Assembly: GCA_012295275.1 (NCBI GenBank)
Contig: CM022673.1
Location: 6,634,001-6,698,000 of the forward strand
DNA: 64,000 nt
Direction: 5' to 3'
Source of the DNA: Chrysomallon squamiferum
Lineage: Eukaryota > Animalia > Mollusca
Position numbers and translations under genes: made by a program
Notes under the pieces: model-generated
What the model was told of the DNA's origin: nothing
Databases searched by the model: none
What the model saw: only the letters and a program-made list of their open reading frames with translations
Shown here: piece by piece, positions 43,470 through 56,874 of the stretch
Numbering within the stretch: position 1 is the stretch's first letter
Layout: each line of letters opens with the position of its first letter

Positions 43470-43558
43470 GAGGAGTTTATACCTCAGTATGGGCGGAGAG
43501 TTCTGTGGTACAGCTGTGGGCCCACTGTCTATGATGCTTCCCACATGGGACACGCCAG
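43470..43558 (+). CDS. CARS1: CARS1 exon A ([30 protein letters not shown]; HIGH-type motif)
   Basis: tttcag acceptor; AG|gtacac donor; 89 nt; phase 0 to 2. Confidence 0.97.
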
Positions 43559-45301
43559 GTACACTGCCTTAAAGAGAATCACTCAGCAGCACAGAATAAC
43601 ACACATTTATCTATTCAAGAAAGCCATTAATGAGAATACTTATTTCATTAAAGGATATCTCTTCCGAATATGAATATATATTGAAGGAGTCAAAATCAAT
43701 ACATACAACAAAAACATTTAAATATAAGTTTACATCTTCATTAGCAAATATCATTAGACATTATTTATTTATTAAAGGGAGTCTGTCTTAAGAGTATGTA
43801 AGCCCATATGACATGTTTATTTTTGAAGTAAATATCTGAATGTTGTAAAGTTACTTATTAATGATAAAGAGACTCAGCTACAAACAAATATAAGACATTT
43901 ATTTTAAAGGGAATAAGAATAAATACTTGTTGTTAGCCATATATTTGTCAGTATGAAAAACAGTTATTAACTGAAGAGCTTCACTCACTGACATGCATGC
44001 AGTTTATTAAAGACAATCAGTTATTAGTAACAGTACATAATTTTTTGTTAAAGAAAATCATTTTTCTTCTGAAATTAATTCTGAAAAACAAAAAGGAAAA
44101 AAAAGAAAGAAATTTTCTGATTTGAATAAATCAATGAAAAAAAAAAAAAAAAAAAAATTTTTCTAAATTTAGATATTGACAGAATAATTTTGTGGTTTGT
44201 TTAAAACCTGAAATTAAATTTTTAAGTTTTCAATCGAGGCATGAAATAATAAAGATTTGGGCTTTGGTTTTAGGCCTCATGTGTTAATTTAAAACAGTTT
44301 TTAAATTCAACAACTGACATCTTTTTTTTTTTCTTTTTTCAATAACATTTTGCTTAATTGTAGTGACCAGGCTAAAATTTGGTGTGTGAAAAGTGTCATG
44401 CATTTTAAAAAAAAACATTTTTCTCTTTTTCTTTTCTTTGGGTTTTTTAACAACATGCACATGCGTTATTAGCGTTTAATTGACAACCTATAATTGTCAT
44501 GTCAGACTCAATTTGGTATCAGGACAGACTTTTTTTCTTCTTCTTCTTTTTTTCCCACAATTTTGACATCCCTGTTCTCCTTTTCACAAAAATAAATCAC
44601 GGAGTGGAAAATGAATTTGAATAATATCTGGACTGAAGCAAAAAGAAATATTCATTAAAATTTATTGTTGTTAAATTATTTTTGATATTAATGTTATTCA
44701 TCATCATTACTAGGCTTTTTGTGTGTGTGTGTTTTTTTTTTTTTTTTTTTTTTTTTTTTGTATGAAACTGCACTGACTTGATTTGATTATGTATTTGTGT
44801 TATATTTCTGTTTTGTTTGTTTTGTTTTGTTTTGGATATTAGTTAATTTAGGTTATTTAGGTTTATTAATTTATGTATTTATTTATTTATTTATTCATTT
44901 GTATGTGGGTTTTCTTCCCTCATTTTCTTATATTTTCTTCTTCTTCTTCTTCTTTATTTATTTAATTACTTTCTCACTTATTTACTCATTTATTTATCAG
45001 TAGCATTATTACTTCTTTATGAACCTGTAAAATCAATTTTGAAACGTTGGACAAACACAAAATATGATTTCATCTTTTTATTTTAATACTTTAATGAAAC
45101 ACTGTCGTTTCTTTTCATTTTTTTTCCTTCTGTACTTTTTATGGATTTATGAATCAGAAACAAATACGGCCACACACACTGACAGGCTCTGTTAATAAAA
45201 CTATTTCTATGACCATTTTTATTAATCTCTTTCATGACTCGAGTTTTCTGATGTTTCCTAGCATTTAGTAATTTAAAAAAAAAAAAAACCCACCATCCAA
45301 C

Positions 45302-45345
<44 letters not shown>

Positions 45346-45668
45346 AAAAGTTTATGGACAAATTTAAAATAAACATGGCGAACATCTCCTGTTCTATTTA
45401 ATGAGGCAGAATTTCATCCAAATTCCTTTACAGGGGAGAAAAGCATGAACAAGCTTGGATGACAAATAAAATGAAAGCCTCGTGTAATGGCTGCCATCGT
45501 GAAATCTCCGGCCATGAATACCAGTGACTCATTGACCAATCAAACACCTTCGTCCCAAGTGACCAGTTTATTGACTTTTAGTAATACCTCTTCTTCTTTT
45601 TTATTCCTTTTGTTTGCCATTTGCAACAAATAGCCAAGCAGGGTTCTAAGCAGTGGCCATCATCTTCT

Positions 45669-45702
<34 letters not shown>

Positions 45703-46114
45703 CCTGTTACACATTCTTGTAATTGTAGCTATGAATCTCATTCTGCTAACTTTGTACATGGCATGAAATGAATTCATCTTCACCGTTTTTCAGGTCAAAA
45801 GGTCAAAATGATATCAGTTCTTAAAACATTTTGGAACTTTCTCTTTTTGTATGACTTGCTTAAATTTGGGGGTGTTTATAAAAAATAAAGAAGAGATATT
45901 TTATTGATATTTTGGTTATTATTATTATTTTTTTGTTGATTGTTTTAAAGTTTTAAATTTGTTATAAATTGCTTTGCTGTTTTGTAATTGCAGTTTTGAA
46001 ATAGTAAAAAAAATAAAAAAGTGCTTAAAATTTTCTCTTTTGTTTTGAGAAATAAGTTACAAATAGATAAATCAATGTTATTATTATTATTGTTATTTCT
46101 GTATTAATTTTCAG

Positions 46115-46211
46115 AACCTACATTTCGTTTGACATTCTGAGAAGAATTCTGAGTGACTATTTTAACTATGATGTCTTCTACTGTATGAACATCACTGACA
46201 TTGATGACAAG
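46115..46211 (+). CDS. CARS1: CARS1 exon B ([32 protein letters not shown])
   Basis: ttttcag acceptor; AAG|gtttgt donor; 97 nt; not in the ORF track. Confidence 0.96.
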
Positions 46212-48595
46212 GTTTGTTTTATGTTAATGCCATACTTTATTATCAGTAAAGATTAGTTCCAGTGATAAATAAAAAAAATGTGTTTTTTTTTTGTTTAAAA
46301 ATGCATTTTAAAGCTTTTGTTTGCTCAGAGTACATTTTAATAGATCCTTTAATTGCAGAAATATTTTCTATATTTGAAAATAAATGATGGTAGTGTGTGT
46401 GTGTATGTAATACATATGTAAATATTTTCAAATATATATATATATATATTTATATACATAAAGATAAATACATACATACATACATACATATGTATAAACT
46501 TTGACAAATATACAACTTTTCCTTCATGTTGTTAATTTTAAGATGAGTGATTGCTTTTTAAATATAAATTGTTTCCTGTCAAAAAACCTAACTTAATTAT
46601 GGTTCAGACAAACATTGTACATCTTGAATACAAAAAACAAAATCCATAAGATGTTTTTCACTTTTTTTTTTTTTTTTTTTTTTTGGCTCCATAAATACAA
46701 GGATGATCAAGAGTTCTTTCCCCTTGAGACTCCATGTTGGGGAATGTGATTAAAAGTGAAACCCAGTGTTGAATATTTTGATTGGAGCAACAATTTTGCG
46801 AATAATCATAGCCTTGGTCACCCCAATTAACTGGGAACTAAAGATATCCCAGAGGGTCAATAATGTTCCTTGTCACATTCAGAAAGAAGCCATTTTTTTC
46901 CTGTTTCTGTCTTATTATGCACGCATTTTCAATCGAATTCTGACTTGTATTATTCATTTCAGGGATTAAATTAATCTTAGTAATTGGCCATATTTTTTTT
47001 ATTATTATTATTTCGGCTCGTGTTTTTTTTTTTTTTTTTTTTTTTTGCAACCAGTCGAACTAAAAGCATGTGTTTTGTTAATAGTTTTGTCCAAAAAAAA
47101 AAAAAAGTTTAAAAGAATAATGAGATTGTAATTAACAAGAAGAAGAAGAAGAAAAAAATAGAATCCAAGAAAAATCCTTTAAAAGAAAACATTTGTTTTT
47201 ATGGAAGGAAAACAGATGTGTTTGTGTGATTAGTTTATTTTGTAAAAAAAAAAAAAAAAAAATAAAAATAAATATATATTTTAAAAGAAAAAATAATATT
47301 TTCTAAATCTCTCTCCAATTTAATCTGAATCATTTGTTGATCAGCAGTGTCATATGAACTGTTTAAAGGCACGAAAAATAAACAAAGAAACTAAAAGTTT
47401 AACTTCCTTTTTTTTTTTTTTTTTTTTTAAAAAGAAATGAAAGGGGAAAACTTGAAAGATTAGAAGCCAAAAAATTCAAAAAAAAAAAAATAAAAAAACA
47501 GGTTTCTTGAGATGTGAAAGAAAAATATAAAAATTCTTCTTAGTCATAACTTAAAAAAAAAAGAGAAGAAAATGAAATATTAGAAAATAACCCGACATGA
47601 ATAATTATCCAGTCTAATCAACAGTTTCTTCTTAATCATAAAAAAAAAAAAAAAAGTGAACTAATGTTGTTTTGTTAATTGCTGCAGGATTCTCTCATCA
47701 CTATGCAGATTGAAGTCACATGACCTTTTCTTTTCCTACCTCCAATGTCAGAGAGTTCCGTTCAGTAATATCTTCCATAAGACTAATAATGTTTGTGACT
47801 GTGTTCTCTAATGATTGTTGTAATCGCCAGATAACTTAATAATATGTAAATTGGTTCTCACTGCAATTACCTGCTAAACCAAACAGCTTAATGCTGGAGA
47901 CAGATTAGCTGGGAATATTCTGTGGCTGGGACACGAGAACAGTGGTGGGGAAAACGTTATCTGCTTTTTATTGCATCATTTACACCCATTTGCGTTTGAT
48001 GATCTATGTGATCATGTTAGAAGCCATTGAATTATTCCCATCATACAGACAATAAATGCTCATTTGTGAAAATATTTTTATCAATAGAGCTGTAAAAGGA
48101 AAAGGAAAAGATCTCAGGGATGATAGTGTTTGTCTGAAGACTGATCTTGTTTAAGTGTTGATAGTCATTTGATGAATTTTTTTTTTTTTTTTTTTCCATC
48201 ATCAAATGTGAATTAGATTTTTGTCATTTAAATATTTATTTAAATTGGTTGGTGTGTAATGTGTGTGTGTGTGTATGTATGTATGTGTGTGTGTGCGCTT
48301 GTGTATGTGTGTGTGTGTGTTGCACAAGTATATAGTGTGTGTGTATCTGTGTATGGGTTGTGTGTGTGTTTGTGTGTGTGTCTATGAATGTTCAGAAAAG
48401 CTTGTCTTTATATGGCATAGTTAAGGTTATTTATGCATGTGAATGTATATATGTTTTATATACAAATAATATAGATACAAGCATACATACATTCTTAGCT
48501 ACGTTATAGACACACATAAGCCTACATATACACATTCATTACATCATACATTTTTGCATGTTCATTTTGTACATTATTTTACTTGTATTTTTCAG

Positions 48596-48694
48596 ATCAT
48601 AGTGAGAGCTCGACAGAATTACTTACTTGATAAATACAAGAAGGAAACTCAGTCTGTGAAGAGTATTCTCTCTGATATAAAACAGGCCATGACA
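48596..48694 (+). CDS. CARS1: CARS1 exon C (IIVRARQNYLLDKY...QAMT)
   Basis: ttttcag acceptor; ACA|gtaata donor; 99 nt. Confidence 0.93.
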
Positions 48695-49404
48695 GTAATA
48701 AAACTTTTAAATAGTTTATACTTTTACTTCTTGAATTTCTATTTATTAAGAGAATATAGAATTGAAGCATCACATGATACTTTATTTATTTATTTATTTA
48801 TTTATTTTATTTATTTATTTATTTACTTATTTATCTCTGAATTAATTTTTTGTTTTGTTTTAAGGAATGATAAATTTTTGTATTGTTTACATTGTCAAGG
48901 CTATTACTAGATCATAAAGAACAATTAACAAGATTAAAAACTCTCCAGATATTCATACACATACATACATAGATATAAACAAACATACATAAAAACTGAC
49001 ATGCACAAAAACATGTATATGCAGATATAGACACACACACACACACACACACATTTTTATATATTTATGTGCACATACATACAAACAGACATACAGACAT
49101 GCATACATACATATATATATAATATACAGTGCAAAAACACCAACATTAAATTTTTATTATTCTTTTACAACCAAAAAAAAAAAAAAAAAAAAATAGTAGT
49201 AATAAAAAATAAAAACTGTACAAATAAATACAGCATAAAACCAATTTTTTTCATTGCTAAAATTTTTAAAATATTGATTGATTTCAGTATTATATGTTAA
49301 AAAAAAAAAAAAAAATAATGTAAACCTTAAACTCTTTAAAAAAAAAAAATTAAATAAGAATTGTTATACAAATTATATTTTAAAATAATTTGTTTCCTTT
49401 TCAG

Positions 49405-49554
49405 CCCTTTGAAGAAAAGCTGCAGAGAGAGACTGATCCAGACAAGAAGGTCATGTTTGACAAGATCAAGGTGAAGGTCACAGAAGCATGTAACAACATG
49501 GAGAAGGCAATGGAAGGGACTCCAAATACAGAGGAACTGGAAAAGCTAAAAGAA
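49405..49554 (+). CDS. CARS1: CARS1 exon D (PFEEKLQRETDPDKKVM...EKLKE)
   Basis: ttttcag acceptor; GAA|gtaaaa donor; 150 nt. Confidence 0.92.
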
Positions 49555-50034
49555 GTAAAAATTAATATGTTCAGTTGATATTGTTTAATGGGATTATTTT
49601 TAAAACAAAACAAAAACATTTTTTAATTATTAAATTAAAAATGACAGATTATTATATAAATTTTAATTAGTCATTAAATTGATTTTTACATTAAAAATAA
49701 CTAAACAAATGAAAAAAAAACCATAAGCTTGTATATGTTTATTAATGTATTGAATGCAACCATTTTAAGGGGGAGATAATTTGTTTCATTATCTTTTTAT
49801 CCTTAATGGAAACACTTTCTGACTATGCTAGATTACAGAAATGTCTATTTTTTAATTTTAAATTTTATAGTGATAAATATTAATATCATTACTTTGATCA
49901 AATGATACAGTGATTATTGAAACAGTTTTCTTGTCTTTATGTAGTTTGTTCTATTTTTCTTCTCTAATATTATCATAAAACTTTTTTTTTTTTAATTATT
50001 GCTATTTATTTTGTTTATTTTGTATTTATTTTAG

Positions 50035-50174
50035 AATCTTCTTTGGAGTCCAAGGATATTCTGTCTCCATGGTTGGATGGACTGCATGGGTCAAAGGTCG
50101 ATGATAACTCCATTTTTTCTGATCTTCCTTCCTTCTGGGAAGAAGAGTTCCACAAAGATATGGAGGCTTTGAAT
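50035..50174 (+). CDS. CARS1: CARS1 exon E (...[11 protein letters not shown]...DMEALN); 5' end apparently 1 nt short
   Basis: ttttag acceptor; AAT|gtaaat donor; 140 nt, not a multiple of 3 although both neighbouring junctions are phase 0. Confidence 0.9.
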
Positions 50175-51442
50175 GTAAATTTTAGTATTAGTTTTAATAT
50201 CCAAGTTTCTAATATCCAAGATTTTAAAAATCTGTTTAGATCTTATTCAACATTAAAGTTGGCTAATATTTATTTTATATTTAAATTAATTTCCTTCATT
50301 TACTTTTTGTAATGTATTATAGGTTATTTTATTTTAATTTATTCTTATTGTTGTTGTTATTGTTGTTGTTGTTGATGTTGGTGTTGCTGCTGCTGTTGGT
50401 GTTGCTGCTGCTGTTGTTGATAGTTAATATCAGGTTAGAATGGGCTATCATATTTTATCAGGCAATTACCAACGTTTTATGAAAAGTTTTAAAAAACAAA
50501 ATAAACTAAAAACAACAGTTTTGATTGTATTTAACATCTGTATTATTTTAATGTCTTTTTAGTTAAAAAAAAATTAAAAGCAAATGCATTAACAATTATC
50601 TGAGTTTAGCATCTTTCGTTGTTTTTTTATTTTTTTTTTTAATTTTGTTCTGGTAAAACGAATTCTTTGTCACATCATCACCCTAAAATGTGATTCAAAA
50701 ACAAAACATCTGGATAATTTTAAAATTTACACATTTTTCATTTGAATTTGAGTTTAAATTTGAGGAGAATTGTTATAATGAGGCGTTCCAACACCTTTAG
50801 AGGTGCAAACGAAAGTTTAATGGATGTAAATTTTGTGACGAAATCGATCAAGCGTTGTTAAATTTACACATGAATCGAGTGTCAATTGCACAAATATTCA
50901 GCATGTCAAAACATTTTGTGCATTTTAAAATGTTTCTGTTTGTTAATTTAACACTTTTGTAGTGCACCCTTTTAAAATATATTCCCCAATTAAAAATTAC
51001 TTTGATTTAAATTTTAATTTATGATTAATAAAACATTCGTTTTCAGTTTAGAGGTTTTTTTTTCAAAACTGGTTTTTTTGGATGTGAACTAGAATTTAAA
51101 ATTTTGGTTCAAAGATGTAAATAGAAATATTTTATTTAAAATATTATCTTTAAACAATAAATAAAATTAAATAATATAGAGCTAAAAAGATATTTTTATT
51201 TTTAGATAAAGCAATCTGTTAGAAATTAATATTTGTAAACAGTGAAACAGATAAAAATGGAATTATTATAATTTAAAGTCTGTTTAAAGTATGTCCACAT
51301 AACCAAAAGTGGAAATACTCAAAAAAAAAACAACAACATAAAAATAATATTTTACATAGACACAAATTTGATTCTTTAATTTAAGTATATTTTAATGATA
51401 ACAGTATTTTAAAAAAAAACATTTTTAGTGTTACTATCATCA

Positions 51443-51480
<38 letters not shown>

Positions 51481-52014
51481 TTATTTAGAATTAAATTCTT
51501 ATTATTATAAATACATTTAGAAAAGTATATATATATTTTTAAATCTTCAAATTATCTATATTTTATTATTTAATTAAGAACAAGATGGTTAAAACAATTT
51601 CTAAGCCTTGGTTTATTATATGGAAATGTTTTTAATAATCTTTTTTTATTTATTTTTTTATTTATTTATTTTTTTTTAATTTTAATGTCACAGCAGCAGA
51701 AATATGAAAAAAAAACAAAATTTGTGCATATAAAATTGGAATTAAAAATTCACATATAGTTGTACTTATTTAGCAAGAAAATACATTTAAATTTCAAAAA
51801 ACATAATAAACAAACTAACGATAGTATTATTATTATTTTTTTTTTTTAATCATGGTGACTTAGTCTTTAAAGACTTTTGTAACTTCTAATTTATCTCTGA
51901 AGCTGCTATTAAATAGAAGGAGCAAAGTCTTGAAAGACTAAGTCATTGGTCATTTTTTTTTTTTTTTTTTTAACATTTTTTTTTAAATTATTATTATTAT
52001 TATTGTTGTTGTTG

Positions 52015-52073
<59 letters not shown>
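52015..52073. repeat. (TG)n microsatellite
   Basis: Direct observation. Confidence 0.97.
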
Positions 52074-52075
<2 letters not shown>

Positions 52076-52191
52076 GTGTTGTTTACTGCTAATCTGAAGA
52101 CAATCGTTATTTATCTCACTGATCACATTCGCAGACATTGTGTAAAATCTGTGACAGTTAATGTTGTTTACTTTATGTTGTTTTTCTGCAG

Positions 52192-52280
52192 GTTTTGCCG
52201 GCTGATGTTCTGACTCGAGTTAGTGAGTACGTACCCGAAATTGTTGACTTTGTGAAGAAAATCATTGCTAATGGGTTTGC
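52192..52280 (+). CDS. CARS1: CARS1 exon F ([30 protein letters not shown])
   Basis: ctgcag acceptor; GC|gtaagt donor; 89 nt. Confidence 0.96.
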
Positions 52281-52734
52281 GTAAGTGTTTTGATACTATC
52301 TGTTTTGAAAGTATTAATTATTCATTTTTAAACCTTTTCACAAGAAGGTGTATATACTGTTATATATAAAGAGGATGTTGTTGATGTTATCATCATCATT
52401 AAATCATCAAATCATCATCATCATAATCATTATCTTTATTATTGTCATCTTCATTAATATTTATTTTCCTTTGTAATATTTTCATTCTGCAAAACTAACT
52501 ATATTAAATATCCCACATAATTTTAGTAGTAGTATTATCATTAAGAAAATAAATAATAAGTGTTCTTTTTGTAATGTTTGTTCTTCTTCTTATTATTATT
52601 ATTGTTTATTTGTTTGTTTGTTTGTTTATTTATCTTCCTTTTTCATATTTCTATTTTGTAAGACTATAACTGAGTATACATATATATATATATACATATA
52701 TAAAATAAATAACACAATGATTGTGTTCGCGCAG

Positions 52735-52856
52735 GTATGAGTCTGGTGGGTCAGTATATTTCAGCACCGCTACATTTGACCAGTCTGACAAACACCACTA
52801 CGCGAAACTTGTTCCTGAGGCTTTCGGAGATAACAAGGCCCTGTCAGAGGGAGAAG
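52735..52856 (+). CDS. CARS1: CARS1 exon G (YESGGSVYF...[19 protein letters not shown])
   Basis: gcgcag acceptor; G|gtaaaa donor; 122 nt. Confidence 0.96.
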
Positions 52857-52882
52857 GTAAAAATATTTATTTCAACATACTT

Positions 52883-53001
<119 letters not shown>

Positions 53002-53182
53002 CACACACACAAACACACACATACCCACACGTACATAATCAAACAGTCACACACACACACATATACTCAGATATATATATATATTTATATATAATTTTAC
53101 TTATGAGTGTTATATGTTTTAGTTATCCGTATATTTGCATGACTTGTAGTGCAGTTTTTATCTGCTGTATGGTGATTTGCAG

Positions 53183-53295
53183 GTGAACTGAGTGTGTCTG
53201 AGGAGAGACAGGGAGAAAAGAAGAGTGTAAATGACTTTGCTGTGTGGAAAGCTTCAAAACCTGGAGAACCATCCTGGGACTCGCCTTGGGGCAAA
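53183..53295 (+). CDS. CARS1: CARS1 exon H (GELS...[21 protein letters not shown])
   Basis: ttgcag acceptor; AAA|gtcagt donor; 113 nt. Confidence 0.96.
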
Positions 53296-53527
53296 GTCAG
53301 TATTATTATTATTTTTTTTTTTATTATTAAACTTTTAATTATTATTATTATTGTTGATTATTTATTTATTTATTTATTTATTTTAATTAATTTTTTTTTT
53401 TTTTTTTTTTGCATTGCATTTTCTTTTTTCCTGTTATTTTATTAATTATTTTCAGTAATGTTTTTTTATTTATTTTTTTATTATTATTATTTTTTTTTTA
53501 ATTTATTTATTGTTCTCTCTATTTCAG

Positions 53528-53656
53528 GGAAGACCAGGCTGGCACATTGAATGCTCTGTAATGGCCAGCTGCATTACAGGAGAATCCATGGACATCCACA
53601 CAGGGGGTTTCGACCTCAAGTTCCCCCATCATGACAATGAACTTGCCCAGTCTGAG
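53528..53656 (+). CDS. CARS1: CARS1 exon I ([10 protein letters not shown]...[12 protein letters not shown]; Zn ligands)
   Basis: tttcag acceptor; GAG|gtaacg donor; 129 nt. Confidence 0.97.
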
Positions 53657-53921
53657 GTAACGAACTGTATCATAATTTTGAATTGTAAATTTTAACAATT
53701 ATTTTCATTACAAGCATGTTATTTCTCTTAAGAGAATTTATTTGCTCATTTTCTATTTTGCTTTGTACTCCATGGTAAGTATTAATAAAAAAAAAAAAAA
53801 AAATTAATGTTTAAATATCACTATAAAATCTCCTATGTCTTATCTTCCTTTATTTCTCCCTTTTCTTACCATTTTTTTTCTTTATTTGTCATTCATTCAT
53901 TCATTCATTCATTACTAACAG

Positions 53922-54155
53922 GCCTATTTTGGAAATGACAGCTGGGTGAGGTATTTTCTCCATTCCGGACACCTGACCATTGAGGGCTGCAAGATGTCGA
54001 AATCTCTGAAGAACTTTGTCACTATAAAAGATGCTTTAGAGAAATACACAGCGAGGCAGATTAGATTTCTGTATCTGCTCCACTCCTGGAAAGACACCCT
54101 CGACTACAGCAACGACACCATGGACATCGCCATTCAGTATGAGAAACACATGAAT
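53922..54155 (+). CDS. CARS1: CARS1 exon J ([18 protein letters not shown]...KMSKSLKNF...KHMN)
   Basis: tactaacag acceptor; AAT|gtaagt donor; 234 nt; KMSKS motif. Confidence 0.97.
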
Positions 54156-54656
54156 GTAAGTTGAAATTTTGATGTGTATGTGAGTTTTTTATTAGTATGT
54201 AAAATTAAAAAATAAATGAGTGAAAAATTGTCTTTGGTTTTTTTCAGACATTAAATACATGTATTTAGATCTAATATTTGATTTTTTTTTTAATTTTTTT
54301 TTTTGTTTTGTTCATTTGTTTGTTAACCTGTTAAACTGTTGCTATTACCATTATTATTAATATTATTAAGTATTATTTGTAGTATTATGTGTAATGTTAA
54401 TCTCTTAATATTTATGAATTTAAAACTATATTTCAAATTTTATTAATTCAAATTTCTTATTCTAATTATCATAACTAGTAATTTATTCACAGATTTTCAA
54501 AATGTTTTTGCATCACACCTAGGTTAAATTACATTCCTTTTATATTATATTTTTAATTAATTATTATTATTTTTTTAAATTCTCAAGTATTACGTGCTTT
54601 GTTTCTCTCTTCTTTTTTTTTTAAATTATTTTATTTTCATATTCTAATACATACAG

Positions 54657-54757
54657 GAGTTTTTCCTCACTGTGAAGGACATTATAAGAAAGTCACCAAG
54701 CCATGGAGTAGCAGCTTTTGAGAAATGGACCACAGCTGAAACCAGTCTGAATGAAAA
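54657..54757 (+). CDS. CARS1: CARS1 exon K (EFFLTVKDIIRK...FEKW...LNEK)
   Basis: atacag acceptor; AA|gtaaaa donor; 101 nt. Confidence 0.93.
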
Positions 54758-55122
54758 GTAAAAATTACTTCATTATACACTTCAGCACCTCAGTAGACAT
54801 ATTATCTATATTATAATAAAAACATGTATCTGATTATTAACATACATATTTCATCCAATTTATGTCAAAAATACTTTTACTAAATATTTAATCCACAGTT
54901 TATATTTAAAAAAAAAATGTAAATAAATATTTCATCCAATTTATATTTAAAAAATCGTTAGATAAATATTTCAGCAAATTTACGTTTTAAAAAAAAATCG
55001 TTATTTCATGCTGTTTATATAAATATTTTTACATTTATCATGATGCTGTACACTTTGTTGTTATACATATTTCAGTATGTCATATGTGTGAGTTGATATT
55101 TGTTTTAATTTGTATTCTTCAG

Positions 55123-55163
55123 ATACCTAGACAAAAGACAAGGAGTTCATGAAGCACTCTGTG
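55123..55163 (+). CDS. CARS1: CARS1 exon L (YLDKRQGVHEALC)
   Basis: cttcag acceptor; G|gtttgt donor; 41 nt; phases 2 to 1 fit the neighbours. Confidence 0.92.
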
Positions 55164-55171
55164 GTTTGTTT

Positions 55172-55193
55172 TTATTATTATTATTATTATTAT

Positions 55194-55228
<35 letters not shown>

Positions 55229-55229
55229 A

Positions 55230-55264
<35 letters not shown>

Positions 55265-55265
55265 A

Positions 55266-55300
<35 letters not shown>

Positions 55301-55360
55301 ATAGTAGTAGTAGTAGTAGTAATAGTAGTAGTAGTAGTAGTGTTAGTAGTGTTAGTAGTA
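55172..55360. repeat. (TTA)n-(TAG)n microsatellite in CARS1 intron
   Basis: Direct observation. Confidence 0.97.
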
Positions 55361-55604
55361 TTATCATCATCATAATTTTAGACCTTTTTTAAATTCTTTT
55401 GTTCACCTAAATAATGTTATGGGTTTCTTAAATTCTTTTATTCAAGAAAATAATTTTAAAATTTTTTTTTCTAATAAATAATGTTTTTTTATTTTCTTTT
55501 ATTCAAGTAAACACTTTTATTTATTTATTCTTCCATTCACGTAAATAGGAATACTTTTTTAAAATTCTTTCATTCAAGTAAATAATTTATTTTTGTTGTT
55601 GCAG

Positions 55605-55753
55605 ATTCCATTGACACAAGAACAACACTGGAGCATATCAGAGAACTGGTAACCGCTAGCAACAGTTACATCGCAAAAGCCAAAACTGACAAACGAAGAC
55701 CGAACCAAAGACTATTGTTCAACATCGCTTCCTATGTGACCAAGATGTTCAAA
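55605..55753 (+). CDS. CARS1: CARS1 exon M (DSIDTRTTLEHIRELV...YVTKMFK)
   Basis: ttgcag acceptor; AAA|gtatga donor; 149 nt. Confidence 0.95.
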
Positions 55754-56353
55754 GTATGATACAAAATGTTTTTAAAAATAAATAAATGTTAAAAGCAGAA
55801 TAACAAATTCTAAATTGTCCATAGGGGTGCAATGCATTATGTTTCTAACATTTTAAAAATTAAATCGTTCTAAACTTTCTTTGTCACCATTGTAAATACG
55901 AAATCCGTATGGTAAATTGAGAGAAGTTGAAATTAACATAGTTATTTAAAAAAATAAAAATAAAAAAAAAGAAGAAAAAAGGTTTAAAAGAAAGATCCAG
56001 TATTTAAGAAGAAGAGACCATTACTTTTGCTATACAATATTCATGTTGAAATGACTTTTTTTAAATTAACTTTTGTTTTAATTTTTAAGTAAATGCAACA
56101 ACAAAAAATATAATAATGAAAATAAAATTTAAAAATATATATATATCAGCCAGAATTAGTGAAGGATATTCTGTCTTCTCAGAAAGTTCAAATATATTGT
56201 AAGTGTATCTTATCTGTCTCTTTATGGGAGTTTGCAAAGGGTGAAAATAAGTTAAATCTAAAGGTTTAATCTCATAATGTCTAATTTCTGTGCCAAGGAA
56301 TCATTTACTGACGGTAATTTTTATAATATTTATAAATATTTTATTTCCTTTAG

Positions 56354-56419
56354 ATATTTGGAGCAATTTCTGGTGACCAGTCTATTGGATTTCCACAAGG
56401 AGATGCTCAGTCTAGTGAT
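56354..56419 (+). CDS. CARS1: CARS1 exon N (IFGAISGDQSIGFPQGDAQSSD)
   Basis: ctttag acceptor; GAT|gtaagt donor; 66 nt. Confidence 0.94.
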
Positions 56420-56545
56420 GTAAGTAACAGTCTACCTTGAACAAAATTAAATAAATAAAACAAAACACTACTAATTTAATTGTACATTTTAAACAGATTT
56501 TCTAAAATAACAATTTATTAAAATTTTATTTGACAGTAAGGCACT

Positions 56546-56581
<36 letters not shown>

Positions 56582-56792
56582 CATTTTTTTAATTCATAAA
56601 TTTTCAGGTTTAATAAAGTAACCTAATCTGATTTTATATTATGAGTAATCAACAACACAATTATTAAAAATTTCATGATGATGAAATGAAAAGTTTTGTA
56701 TCTACATGCTCCAAATGGCCAATGTTAAACTGAAACTGGATAAAGTTTTATTTCCCCAAAATTTTCACAGTTACGACCATTTTCTTCTTCAG

Positions 56793-56874
56793 CTTGAAGA
56801 AAGTGTCTTTCCATATTTGAGAGCTCTTGCAGATTTCCGGGAAAATGTCAGACAGAGTGCTCGGGAACAGAAAG
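56793..56874 (+). CDS. CARS1: CARS1 exon O (LEESVFPYLRALADFRENVRQSAREQK)
   Basis: cttcag acceptor; G|gtttga donor; 82 nt. Confidence 0.95.

Noticed and set aside
50035-50048. Programmed -1 ribosomal frameshift as the explanation of the exon E frame break
   Set aside because: No X XXY YYZ slippery heptamer or obvious downstream structure; a sequencing error is simpler.
56671-56740. Possible intronic C/D-box snoRNA (ATGATGA ... CTGA about 60 nt before the acceptor)
   Set aside because: No convincing terminal stem, short box spacing, and no rRNA-complementary guide that I could recognise.
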